A stretch of DNA of 64,000 nt, from assembly GCA_029881725.1 (NCBI GenBank), contig JAOUMB010000003.1, forward strand, positions 19,901 to 83,900. Reading direction: 5' to 3'. Under the pieces are notes generated by a model, which saw nothing but the letters and a program-made list of their open reading frames with translations, was not told where the DNA came from and did not search any database. The stretch is from Nitrospirota bacterium (GTDB taxonomy: Bacteria; Nitrospirota; JACRHL01). The position numbers and the translations under genes are program-made. This document shows, piece by piece, positions 1-8,748 of the stretch (its first letter is position 1; the number at the start of each line of letters is the position of its first letter).

Positions 1-56
1 CCGCCGGTGATTCTTCCATGAATGGGGCGGGGAACGCCAGCGCGGGCCGACGGTGC

Positions 57-503
57 CTATGCGCGCGCTTCATCGCCCGCTCCGGGCGTTCCGGAAATCG
101 AAATCCGCAGCCCCGGGCAGTAGTGGTGCAGGCGGCAGATCAACGTGGCGGGCATGTCGATGGCGGGGGGAGTGGACCCGTTTCCGGGAAAGTGGCGGAT
201 GTTCAGCACCACCTCCTGAATGGCGGGGAAGGGGCGGTCGTCATCCGGCTGCGAAAATGCCTCCAGCAGGGAGGCTATATGCTCGTCCAGCGGCGCGTCC
301 GCATCCATTTCGGAGGTGATGTACCACTTCTCGCGGTGGCCCCGGTCCGGCTGTCTGTCCGCCCGGTAGAATTCGTCCGCCGGAATGCCGGTATGGCGGG
401 CCAGCGCGGTTCGCTCGGTGCCGGGATCGGTCCAGAAGTCCAGCGATACGGAATAGGTGATGTCGCAATTACTGGCCGGTGGCATGGGGTTGCCCTGGGT
501 CAT
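57..503 (-). CDS. DUF4279-like protein
   Basis: The ORF 57..542 contains ITYSVSLDFWTD...TERTALARHTGIPADEFYR...EKWYITSEMDADAPLDEHIASLLEAF, which is typical of DUF4279. I chose the internal ATG at 503 because it forms an ATGA overlap with the stop of the upstream ORF (500..502). Confidence 0.5.
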   Translation of the reverse strand: MTQGNPMPPASNCDITYSVSLDFWTDPGTERTALARHTGIPADEFYRADRQPDRGHREKWYITSEMDADAPLDEHIASLLEAFSQPDDDRPFPAIQEVVLNIRHFPGNGSTPPAIDMPATLICRLHHYCPGLRISISGTPGAGDEARA

Positions 504-970
504 TCCGGTTTTGCCTCCCACGGTTGGCGGGTCAGCGTCCACACGGCAAGGGCCAGCCCGGCCATGCCGGTGACGAGCGGCACGCCGCCCAGCACGAACA
601 GTTCACCCCAATTATTCCGCCGCAGGTTACTACTCGCAACGGCGGACAGGTTGATTGCGGAAACCGCGCACAGCCCCGCCGCGAACATGGCCAGCCCGGC
701 GGCGGAGTGCGCGTTCCCCGGCAGGTCCAGCAGGCGGGTGCCGATCACCAGCAGCATAAGCCCGGCCACGAAGGGCACCCCGCCGAACAGGGAGATCAAC
801 AGCCACCCTTCGGGTCCACCTAGAACACGGGTGCCACCGGTGGTCAGCAGATCCCACCCGATCGGCACCGTGCATGCCCCCGCTCCCAGCGCAAGCACCG
901 CGCCAGAGCAAAATACCGCCCAGAACGCATAGCGCCGAAGCGGGCGGGTGGTGGCGGTCGGTTCAATCAT
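500..970 (-). CDS. hypothetical multi-pass membrane protein
   Basis: This is the C-terminal 156 codons of ORF 500..1468, starting at MIEPTATT. It has several hydrophobic helices (FWAVFCSGAVLALGAGA, LLISLFGGVPFVAGLMLLVIG, GLAMFAAGLCAVSAI, LFVLGGVPLVTGMAGLALAVW). The upstream part of the ORF is an R/P/G-rich shadow sequence. Confidence 0.45.
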   Translation of the reverse strand: MIEPTATTRPLRRYAFWAVFCSGAVLALGAGACTVPIGWDLLTTGGTRVLGGPEGWLLISLFGGVPFVAGLMLLVIGTRLLDLPGNAHSAAGLAMFAAGLCAVSAINLSAVASSNLRRNNWGELFVLGGVPLVTGMAGLALAVWTLTRQPWEAKPE

Positions 971-1078
971 GCGATTTTGCATCCGGTAACTACGGACCCA
1001 GTATGCCATGCTCCGGCGGATTTGACTTGTGGCCCCGATTCCGGGTACCGATAGGGGAAAACCCGTGGGAGGACCCCT

Positions 1079-1324
1079 GTGAGTGCATACCGGAAAGCCG
1101 TCAAGACGATCATCGTGCTGGCCTTCATCGGCATGGCGGTGGTTCCGCCGTGGTATTTTCCGATCCTGGGGGACGTGAAGTTCCAGGCCAACTATGCCCC
1201 CCTGTGGGATCCCCCCCACAAGGGGCCGCTCAAGGCGCGCATCAACGCCGAACAACTGATAGCCCAGTGGGGTGCGGTGATCCTCATCGGCGGCATCTTT
1301 TTTTTGTGGGGGCGGCAGCGCTGA
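1079..1324 (+). CDS. small two-helix membrane protein, hypothetical
   Basis: GTG start with a GGGAGG motif about 8 nt upstream. There are two hydrophobic segments (TIIVLAFIGMAVV, GAVILIGGIFFLW). No family was recognised. Confidence 0.4.
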   Translation: MSAYRKAVKTIIVLAFIGMAVVPPWYFPILGDVKFQANYAPLWDPPHKGPLKARINAEQLIAQWGAVILIGGIFFLWGRQR

Positions 1325-1457
1325 CCGGCCATCTCCCACTCCCGGCGAAGGCCCAACGGCCAGCGCGTAAAATCCCGGCGTGCGATGGCCCGCCTCCGGA
1401 ACCCCTCTCCGGGGTTTCCGGGGGCGGTTTGGTTTCGGGTGGGGTAAACTGGTGGCC

Positions 1458-2402
1458 ATGAAAGCCATTGCCTATAACGCCTTCGGTCCGGCCGAAGTGC
1501 TTCGGGAGATGTCCCTCACCGTGCCGGAACCGGGGGACGACGAGGTGCTGATCCGGGTGTGTGCCACCAGCGTCAACCCGCTGGACTGGAAGATCCGCTC
1601 CAGGCAGTTGAAGCTGCCGCTCAAGGGGGGCTTTCCCCGGGTGCCCGGTTCCGACGTGTCCGGCGTGGTGGAGCGGGTGGGGGTGGATGTGACCTCGGTG
1701 CAGCCGGGGGATGAGGTTTACGCCCTGCTGGATTACCGGCGGGACGGGGCCGCCGCCGAATTCGTGCGCAGTCGCGCCACATTCCTTTACAAAAAGCCGC
1801 CCTCCCTGAGCTACGACGAGGCCGCCTGCGTGCCACTGGCGGCGCTCACCGCGTTGCAGGCGCTCAAGCTCAAGGCGCGCATGCAAAAGGGGGAAAGGGT
1901 GCTGATTACCGGCGCCAGCGGCGGTGTGGGGCACTTTGCGGTGCAACTGGCCAAAAACTATGGCGCCCATGTGACCGCTACCGCCTCCGCCAAGAATGCC
2001 GATTTTGCCAGGGGGCTGGGGGCGGATGAGGTGATTGCCTACGACACCGGCGGTGTGCCGGAGGGGCCGGCCTTCGACGTGATTTTCGACCCGGTGCGGG
2101 CCTACGACTACAGCGCGGCGGTCACGCGGCTGCTGCCCGCCGGGCGCTACGTGAGCACCAGTCCCGATCTGGGCGGCATGCTGCGTACCAAACTGCTCAA
2201 ATGGGTGGGTGACAAACGCCAGTGTCTGTTTCTGGCGGTGGTGCCCGATCCTCACGGCCTCAAGTACCTGCACGAGCAGATCGAGGCCGGGGCGCTGAAA
2301 CCGCACCTGCAGCAGATATTCCCGCTGGAGCGGCTGGCGGACGCGCACCGGATCAGCGAGGACGGGCACGTGGTGGGCAAACTGGCGGTCCACGTGGCAT
2401 GA
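1458..2402 (+). CDS. medium-chain dehydrogenase/reductase family NADPH:quinone oxidoreductase-like protein
   Basis: The product starts MKAIAYNAFGPAEVL and contains EVLIRVCATSVNPLDWK, PGSDVSGVV and the Rossmann motif VLITGASGGVGHFAVQLAK. The start was placed at the internal ATG where the canonical N-terminus begins. Confidence 0.85.
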   Translation: MKAIAYNAFGPAEVLREMSLTVPEPGDDEVLIRVCATSVNPLDWKIRSRQLKLPLKGGFPRVPGSDVSGVVERVGVDVTSVQPGDEVYALLDYRRDGAAAEFVRSRATFLYKKPPSLSYDEAACVPLAALTALQALKLKARMQKGERVLITGASGGVGHFAVQLAKNYGAHVTATASAKNADFARGLGADEVIAYDTGGVPEGPAFDVIFDPVRAYDYSAAVTRLLPAGRYVSTSPDLGGMLRTKLLKWVGDKRQCLFLAVVPDPHGLKYLHEQIEAGALKPHLQQIFPLERLADAHRISEDGHVVGKLAVHVA

Positions 2403-2626
2403 GCCGGGGGCGTGTCATGTGGGCCGTGGGCGGGGTACTGGGCATTGCCGTGCTGATCGCCGCGGGCGCACTGGTGAACCGCCCTCCCGCTGCCATTGCG
2501 GAACCCCCCGCCGTGGTGGAGGCCCCCCCGGCCACCGCCCCCGACCTGTGCTCCGCCGAAGGGGACGTGTGCGCCGATCCAGACGCCGTGGTGTGTGACG
2601 CCGTCAACGGGGTGTGCGATACGTGA
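2399..2626 (+). CDS. small membrane-anchored Pro/Ala-rich protein with Cys-containing tail, hypothetical
   Basis: The ATG overlaps the stop of the preceding gene (ATGA). It has one TM helix (WAVGGVLGIAVLIAAGAL), a PA-rich linker, and a CSAEGDVCADPDAVVCDAVNGVC tail. Confidence 0.35.
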   Translation: MSRGRVMWAVGGVLGIAVLIAAGALVNRPPAAIAEPPAVVEAPPATAPDLCSAEGDVCADPDAVVCDAVNGVCDT

Positions 2627-2721
2627 GCCGTGGCGGCAATCCGCTGGATGCTGTAAAATCAGGCATGGTTAACGACACGCTCAGAGGGGCGGTCCGTGGC
2701 ATCCCGATGGAGGGTGGTCTG

Positions 2722-3962
2722 ATGATTTCGGCTCGGTTGAACCCGTGGCTGATACGCGCCGTGTGCGGCGCGAGCCTGCTTGTGGCGCTGACCGCTTGCG
2801 GGGGAGTCACCGCCACGCGCGAGGTTTCCGGCGTGGTGTCCAAGGGGCCGGTGGACGGGGCTACGGTGCGTGTATATGCGCTCACCTCCCAGGGGCGGCA
2901 GGGGGATCCCCTGGCCGGGCCGGTGGTTACCGAGCGGGGTGGGTTCCGGATCACCATTTCCGATGGTGGGCCCCTGCTGGTGTGCGCCGAAGGCGGCCGC
3001 TACATGGACGAAGCCACGGCGATTGAAGTGCAGATCGGAGCGGGCCCCTGTGTGGCGTTTTGCCTGAAGGGGCCGCGCAGGTGGCGGTAACCCCGCTCAC
3101 GCACCTGTTGGCCGGAAGTGCGGGTGCGCGCGGGAACCGCATGGAGGCGCTCGGGCGCCGTCTTTCCGAAGGCCTTGGTTTCGACCCGTTCACCACCCTT
3201 CCCGCCGATCCGGCGGATGCACACGCGAGTGAGGGGGAGCGCCGGTATGCGGCGCTGCTGGGCGGTATTTCCAAAATGATCGCCGCGCGCGGCACGGCGC
3301 TGGCCGCGGTGGGATTGGCGGACACCCCCGCGTTTGAGCGGGTGATTGCGTTGACCGAGGATCTGCGTGACGGGAAGCTGGACGGGCTGGATGCCGACGG
3401 GCGGGTGATTCTGGTGGGCGACGGGCACGGCGGGGTGACCGGGTGGCCGGGCTTCGACCCGGCCGGGCTGGATGCCTTGCGTCAGGCGGCCGAGGCGTAC
3501 GGGGTGCCGCTTGGGCTGCTGGTTAGCGGCTCACTCCAGCAATTGCACACCCAGGTGTTGCCGCAGCCGGCGGCCGCCGCAATCGGCGGGTTACCGTTGG
3601 CGGCCATCCACCCGGTGGATGGCACCTGCCAGATGGTGGCAGGCATGGACCAGGTTCCCTCCGGCTGGCTGGTGCTGCATGGCGACTGCCCGCTGCCCGG
3701 CGACCCGGACCGGGACGACGTGCCCGACTCCGCCGACAACTGCCCCACCGTATTCAATCCGGACCAGTATGATACGGACGGCGATGGGATCGGTGATGCC
3801 TGCGATGCGTCGCACCCGGATGTGTGCATCACCCTGTTTGACCCGGTGCAGGCGCGCAATCCCTGGACCGGCGCCTGCGCCACCTTTGGCAACGCCTGTC
3901 AGGTGCCGTCATGGTGGAACGTGGACGACACCTGCCCCATAGACGCCCCGCCGGGGGGCTGA
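2722..3962 (+). pseudogene. lipoprotein with C-terminal thrombospondin type-3 repeat, reading frame broken near 3027-3090
   Basis: A lipobox signal (LLVALTACGG) follows a GGAGGG RBS. ORF 2614..3090 (frame 1) and ORF 3060..3962 (frame 3) read as one protein if one base is restored around the C-run at 3045-3048: ...YMDEATAIEVQIGAGP / LCGVLPEGAAQVAVTPLTHL.... The C-terminus has DPDRDDVPDSADNCPTVFNPDQYDTDGDGIGDACD. Confidence 0.6.
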
Positions 3963-3983
3963 TTTTCCCGGACAGGTATGCGC

Positions 3984-4340
3984 TCAGGCGGCCTGCCGCC
4001 CGTGGGGCGACAGGTAACACAGGGCGCGGATTTGTTGCAGGTTGCGGGTGGCGCTTTCGGAAAACGACACCATGGTGCCGCTGGCGCTGGTGCCCACCAC
4101 CCGGGCACGGAGTCGCAGGGCGGCGTATTCGATGTTGTCGCCAAAGCGGATGGTGAGGGTGCATGCGGTGCCCGGTTCCGGGTTCCCCGCGTCCGATACC
4201 AGCATGCCGGCCGGGCTGAACCCCACCGCCGACACCGGCATTTCGGTGCCGTCCTCCCAGGTGAGGGTAACCGGCACCAGCAGGGTGACCGGTGCGATCC
4301 GTTCCGGCCGGGCGGCCGGTTGACTGATGACGTGCTGCAT
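3984..4340 (-). CDS. PilZ-like domain protein (degenerate c-di-GMP motifs)
   Basis: 118 aa with a beta-barrel-like pattern. It has RPER in place of RxxxR and GFSPAG in place of (D/N)xSxxG. Confidence 0.45.
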   Translation of the reverse strand: MQHVISQPAARPERIAPVTLLVPVTLTWEDGTEMPVSAVGFSPAGMLVSDAGNPEPGTACTLTIRFGDNIEYAALRLRARVVGTSASGTMVSFSESATRNLQQIRALCYLSPHGRQAA

Positions 4341-4477
4341 GACTCCCCCCTGATTCGGGACTGCCGCTACAACGCACCCGCATCGCGACGGCTTCCCTTA
4401 CCGTTTCGGTCCCACCGATGTCCGCCACCAGACACAAAATGTGTGCATAGTGTGCGGTTTTGTGCCTGCTTGCGGCC

Positions 4478-4993
4478 TTAGTGGCAGAAGGAAAGGCCGC
4501 GCTTTTCCAGATATTTCTGGTGGTAATCCTCGGCCCGCCAGAAGGGGGCCCACGGCTCGATGCGGGTGGCTACCGGCCGGTTGTAGTGGCCACTGGCGGC
4601 CAGCTTTTCCAAGGAGGCGCGCGCGGTCTTTTCCTGTTCCCCGTCAAAGGCGAACACGCAGGTTCGGTACTGGGTTCCCACATCCGGCCCCTGGCGATTC
4701 ATCTGGGTCGGGTCGTGGATGCTCCAGAAGACATTGAGCAGTTGCTGGTAGCTGACCTGGGCCGGATCGAAGGTGACGTGCACCACTTCCGCATGGCCGG
4801 TGTCACCGCTACACACCTGCTTGTACTCCGGGTGGTCCGTGGCGCCGCCGGCATAGCCGACGGCAGTTTCCACCACCCCGTCCACCCGGTCGAAGGCCGC
4901 CTGCACCCCCCAGAAACATCCCGCGCCAAACATGGCCTGGGCCGTTCCATCCGAGGACTCCGCACGGCTTCCGTGGTCCGTTTGATTGTTCAT
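4478..4993 (-). CDS. msrA: peptide-methionine (S)-S-oxide reductase
   Basis: Contains the GCFWGVQAAF active-site motif, plus GYAGG and EDYHQKYL. I chose the internal ATG with an AAGGGG motif upstream. A GTG at 5020 is an alternative start. Confidence 0.9.
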   Translation of the reverse strand: MNNQTDHGSRAESSDGTAQAMFGAGCFWGVQAAFDRVDGVVETAVGYAGGATDHPEYKQVCSGDTGHAEVVHVTFDPAQVSYQQLLNVFWSIHDPTQMNRQGPDVGTQYRTCVFAFDGEQEKTARASLEKLAASGHYNRPVATRIEPWAPFWRAEDYHQKYLEKRGLSFCH

Positions 4994-5152
4994 CCCGTTC
5001 ACCCCTTGATGCAGCCACACCCGCGAAATGATGGCTTAATCCGTTAAGTAGACACCCGGAAACCGGTGTCTGTCCACAGGTGAACGGGAGCGGGCCACCC
5101 ATGGGAAACCGGTCGGGAGCCAGACACGGGAGGATGGTGATCCCCCTGACGT

Positions 5153-6475
5153 CTACGGGGATCGGATGACCGGAAAACACTGGCCGCGCACCTCGTAGCG
5201 TTTGAACACCGGGCAGTGGCCCCCGCTGATGTGGTCCATGTATTCCCCCCGGAAGTGGCGCAGGGAGGAGGCCACCGGCGCCACCGCCGCGGGCCCCAGC
5301 CCGCAAACGGAGCCGCCGGGCACGTAGCCGCAGATCCGTTCCAGTTGGGCCAGATCGTCCCGGTCGCCGGTGCCCGCCTCGATGCGGGACAGAATCTCGT
5401 GCATCAGGTGGGTGCCGTCCCGGCACGGGGTGCACTTGCCGCACGACTCGTCCCGGTAGAACAGGCTCATGTTGGCGGCCAGGTCCACCATGCAGTTGGT
5501 TTCGTCATAGACAATCACCGACCCGGTGCCCAGGGCGCTGCCCACGGTCGCCAGCCCCTGTGGAGAGAGCGGCGCGTCGAGCATGTCCGGGGTCAGCAGC
5601 GGGGTGGAGGTGCCGCCGGGAATCACCGCCTTGATGGCCCGATCGCCGGGCACGCCGCCTCCCGGCCCCTCGATCAGGGCGCGTAGGGGGGTGCCGGTAG
5701 GTAACTCGTAATTGCCGGGGAAGCGCACGTTTCCGGACAGGGAGAACACCCGTGTTCCGGGGCAGTCGGGGGCGCCCAGGGCCCGGTACCAGTCGCCGCC
5801 CCGGTTCAGGATGGCGGGCACGGCAGCCAGGGTTTCCACGTTGTTGATCACCGTGGGACGGCCCAGGTAGCCGGACACCGCCGGGAAGGGCGGCTTGCCG
5901 CGCGGCATGGGGCGGTTGCCCTCCAGGGCTTCGATCAGTGCGGTCTCCTCGCCGCAGATATAGGCCCCGGCGCTGCGATGCAAATGGACCGACACCGCGT
6001 CACCCGGCGTGTTCGTCAGCGCGCTGATGATGCCGGCCTCGGAAGCCTCGGCCACCGCCTCCGTCAGCCGCTGGTGGGCGCGGTCGTATTCGCCGCGCAC
6101 AAACAGGATGACCTGATCGGCCCCCACCGTGTGCGCCGCGATCAGCGCCCCTTCCAGAATCCGGTGCGGCAGGGTTTCCATCAGTTCCCGGTCCTTGAAT
6201 GCGCCGGGTTCGCTTTCGTCGCCGTTGGCCACCACCACCGGCACTCCGGGGGCGTCCCGAGCGGTCTGCCACTTGCGCCCGGTGGGGAACCCGGCTCCGC
6301 CGCGGCCACCCAGGCCGGAAGTGGTGAGTTCGCGAATGATGTGCGCCGCGGGCAGGTGTAGTGCCTTTTCCAGCGCCGCGTACCCGCCGTGGGCGCGGAA
6401 CACGTGCAGCCGGTGAATATCCGGAATGTCCACCCCGTCCCGCACCACCCGCAGTTCGGAGATTTCCTGGTTCAT
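5153..6475 (-). CDS. stand-alone NuoF-like NADH dehydrogenase flavoprotein subunit homologue
   Basis: Contains GLGGRGGAGFPTGRKW (FMN/NADH site) and ESCGKCTPCRDG...CGLG (4Fe-4S site). No nuoE or nuoG homologue lies nearby. The start is uncertain (ATG 6475 or GTG 6505). Confidence 0.8.
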   Translation of the reverse strand: MNQEISELRVVRDGVDIPDIHRLHVFRAHGGYAALEKALHLPAAHIIRELTTSGLGGRGGAGFPTGRKWQTARDAPGVPVVVANGDESEPGAFKDRELMETLPHRILEGALIAAHTVGADQVILFVRGEYDRAHQRLTEAVAEASEAGIISALTNTPGDAVSVHLHRSAGAYICGEETALIEALEGNRPMPRGKPPFPAVSGYLGRPTVINNVETLAAVPAILNRGGDWYRALGAPDCPGTRVFSLSGNVRFPGNYELPTGTPLRALIEGPGGGVPGDRAIKAVIPGGTSTPLLTPDMLDAPLSPQGLATVGSALGTGSVIVYDETNCMVDLAANMSLFYRDESCGKCTPCRDGTHLMHEILSRIEAGTGDRDDLAQLERICGYVPGGSVCGLGPAAVAPVASSLRHFRGEYMDHISGGHCPVFKRYEVRGQCFPVIRSP

Positions 6476-6641
6476 GGACTCCCCCGTGAGGTTTTCCACT
6501 CGCACTCCCCTTCAGGGGTGCCTAGTCTCATTCAACTATATACCGGGGTTGTCACGAGTGCCCGCAACGGGCGGTATCGCCGTGGTAAAATAAGTGCTTT
6601 CCCGGCCCGTCCGGGGCGCCACGTTTTTCAGGGACACCCGC

Positions 6642-8582
6642 ATGCTCACCGTCGACAATATCAGCCACAGCATGGGCGGACGGCCCCTGCTGGAGGCCGT
6701 TTCCCTGTCCATCAACAGTGGCGACCGGGTGGGGCTGGTGGGCGCCAACGGCCGGGGCAAGAGTACCCTGCTGCACATCATCGCCGGCGAAATCGCCCCC
6801 GAAAAAGGGGTGGTGCGCACCAAAAAAGGGCTTCGCATTGGCGCCCTTTGGCAGGAGCCCCCCGCCAGCGGCGACGTGACCGTGCTGGAGGAAGTTTTGG
6901 GTGGCGATGCGGAACTGGCCTCCCTCACCCACGATCTGCATCAGATGGAACAGCGCATGGCCGACCCGGCCTCGGCGGACCAGATGGACAAGCTGGTGGA
7001 GCAGTATGGACGGCTTACCGAACGCATGGAGGTCATGGGCGGGTACACCCGCGAGGCGGACGCGCGCAAGGTTCTGGGCGGATTGGGGTTTTCCGATGCG
7101 GAAATGGACCGCCCCTGCGGCAGCTTTTCCGGCGGCTGGCGCATGCGCATCTCGCTGGCGCGCCTACTGGTGACTGCCCCCGAACTGTTGTTGCTGGATG
7201 AGCCCACCAACCACTTGGATACCTTCGCGGTGGAGTGGCTGGAGCAGTTTCTCACCGGCTACCCGGGCGCGGTGCTGGTGGTGTCCCACGACCGAGCCTT
7301 TCTGAACCAGTACGCCAACCGCATTTGCGCGGTGATCAGCGGCACGGTGCGCACGTTCAAGGGAAACTACGACGCCTTTCTGGTCCAGCGGGAGCAGGAG
7401 CGGGAGGTGGAACAGGGACGCGCGCGCAACCAGCAGAAGGAATCGGAACGCATGCAGGCGTTCGTGGAACGGTTCCGGGCCAAGGCCACCAAGGCGCGCC
7501 AGGCCCAGAGCCGCGCCAAGCAGCTCAAGAAGCTGGAGAAGGACACGGTTCCCATCGAGAAGGTCGAGCGGGTGGTAGATTTCCGTTTCCCCGCCACCGT
7601 GCCCAGCGGACGCGAGGTGCTGGTGGCCGAGGGACTGAGCAAGCACTTCGAGGATAACCGGGTGTTCGCCGATTTCTCTTTCACCCTGTTTCGGGGCGAC
7701 AAGGTGGCGCTGGTGGGACCCAACGGCGTGGGCAAGAGCACGTTTCTGAAAATTCTGGCCGGTGCCGAGCAGGCCGATTCCGGTACCGTCACCCCGGGCC
7801 ACAAGGTGACCTCCGCCTATTTCGCCCAGCACACCCTGGAGACCCTGTCGCCGGTGAACAGCGCTTATCAGGAGGTGCAGTCGGTGGCCCCCACCGACCC
7901 GGTGGCGCGGATCCGGGGCATCCTGGGGCGCTTTTTGATTACCGGAGACGACCAGCTCAAGAAGGTGGAGGTGCTGTCCGGCGGTGAAAAGGCCCGCGTG
8001 GCGCTGGCCCGCATGCTGATCCGTCCGGCCAATCTGATGTTGCTGGACGAGCCCACCAACCATCTGGACATCCCCAGTCGCGACGTGCTGGAGGAGGCGC
8101 TTACCGAATACGATGGAACCCTGATGCTGATCACCCACGATCGTCACCTGATCCACCGCATCGCCAACCGGGTGGTGGAAATCAAGGACGGCAAGCTGAC
8201 CAGTTTTGACGGCACCTATGCCGAGTATCTGGCGCAGCGGGAGAGCGGCGGCGCAGCCCCCGCAAGCACGCCGCAAAAACCACAACCCCAGACCGGAAAA
8301 CCCGCCGCGAAGGCACCCGAGGCGTCCGCCGCCAAGGCCAAACCGGACCGGGAGGCCGCCCGCGAGCGCAGGAAGCTGGAATCGAAACTGGCCGAAGTGG
8401 AATCCCAACTGGAAAAGCTGGAGTCGAAGTTGGGAGAACTGGCCGTGCAACTGGCCGATCCGGATATCTATTCCGACGGCACCCGCTTTGACAAGGTGCT
8501 GACCGAGCACCGCCGGGTGGAGGACAAGGTGGCCCGACTGACCATCGAATGGGAGCGGCTGGGCGCGCAGATCGAGGACTGA
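6642..8582 (+). CDS. ABC-F family ATPase with C-terminal coiled-coil (Uup-like)
   Basis: It has two ABC cassettes (GANGRGKST and GPNGVGKST Walker A motifs, LSGG signatures, [11 protein letters not shown] twice). The C-terminal tail is K/E/A-rich and heptad-like. There is no membrane domain. Confidence 0.9.
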   Translation: MLTVDNISHSMGGRPLLEAVSLSINSGDRVGLVGANGRGKSTLLHIIAGEIAPEKGVVRTKKGLRIGALWQEPPASGDVTVLEEVLGGDAELASLTHDLHQMEQRMADPASADQMDKLVEQYGRLTERMEVMGGYTREADARKVLGGLGFSDAEMDRPCGSFSGGWRMRISLARLLVTAPELLLLDEPTNHLDTFAVEWLEQFLTGYPGAVLVVSHDRAFLNQYANRICAVISGTVRTFKGNYDAFLVQREQEREVEQGRARNQQKESERMQAFVERFRAKATKARQAQSRAKQLKKLEKDTVPIEKVERVVDFRFPATVPSGREVLVAEGLSKHFEDNRVFADFSFTLFRGDKVALVGPNGVGKSTFLKILAGAEQADSGTVTPGHKVTSAYFAQHTLETLSPVNSAYQEVQSVAPTDPVARIRGILGRFLITGDDQLKKVEVLSGGEKARVALARMLIRPANLMLLDEPTNHLDIPSRDVLEEALTEYDGTLMLITHDRHLIHRIANRVVEIKDGKLTSFDGTYAEYLAQRESGGAAPASTPQKPQPQTGKPAAKAPEASAAKAKPDREAARERRKLESKLAEVESQLEKLESKLGELAVQLADPDIYSDGTRFDKVLTEHRRVEDKVARLTIEWERLGAQIED

Positions 8583-8748
8583 TTTCCAGCCCTGCATTTA
8601 TAACAGACAATTTCATTTCCGGCGCCGTCCCCTGCGCCCTCCTTCCTCCGTGCCCCCCGTTCCCCCCTCCAACGGGGAAAGATTTCACTAAGATCACCCC
8701 CGTTTCCTGCCGATAAATTGTCTAGCGCGCCATCTTTGGCCGCGGTCC

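Noticed and set aside
3027-3090. Programmed ribosomal frameshift in the TSP3 lipoprotein gene
   Set aside because: No slippery heptamer or obvious downstream stimulatory structure was seen. A single-base indel in a C-run is the simpler explanation.
5153-6475. Reading the NuoF-like gene as evidence of a complex I (nuo) operon
   Set aside because: None of the other nuo subunit genes are present on either side, so it was called a stand-alone homologue only.
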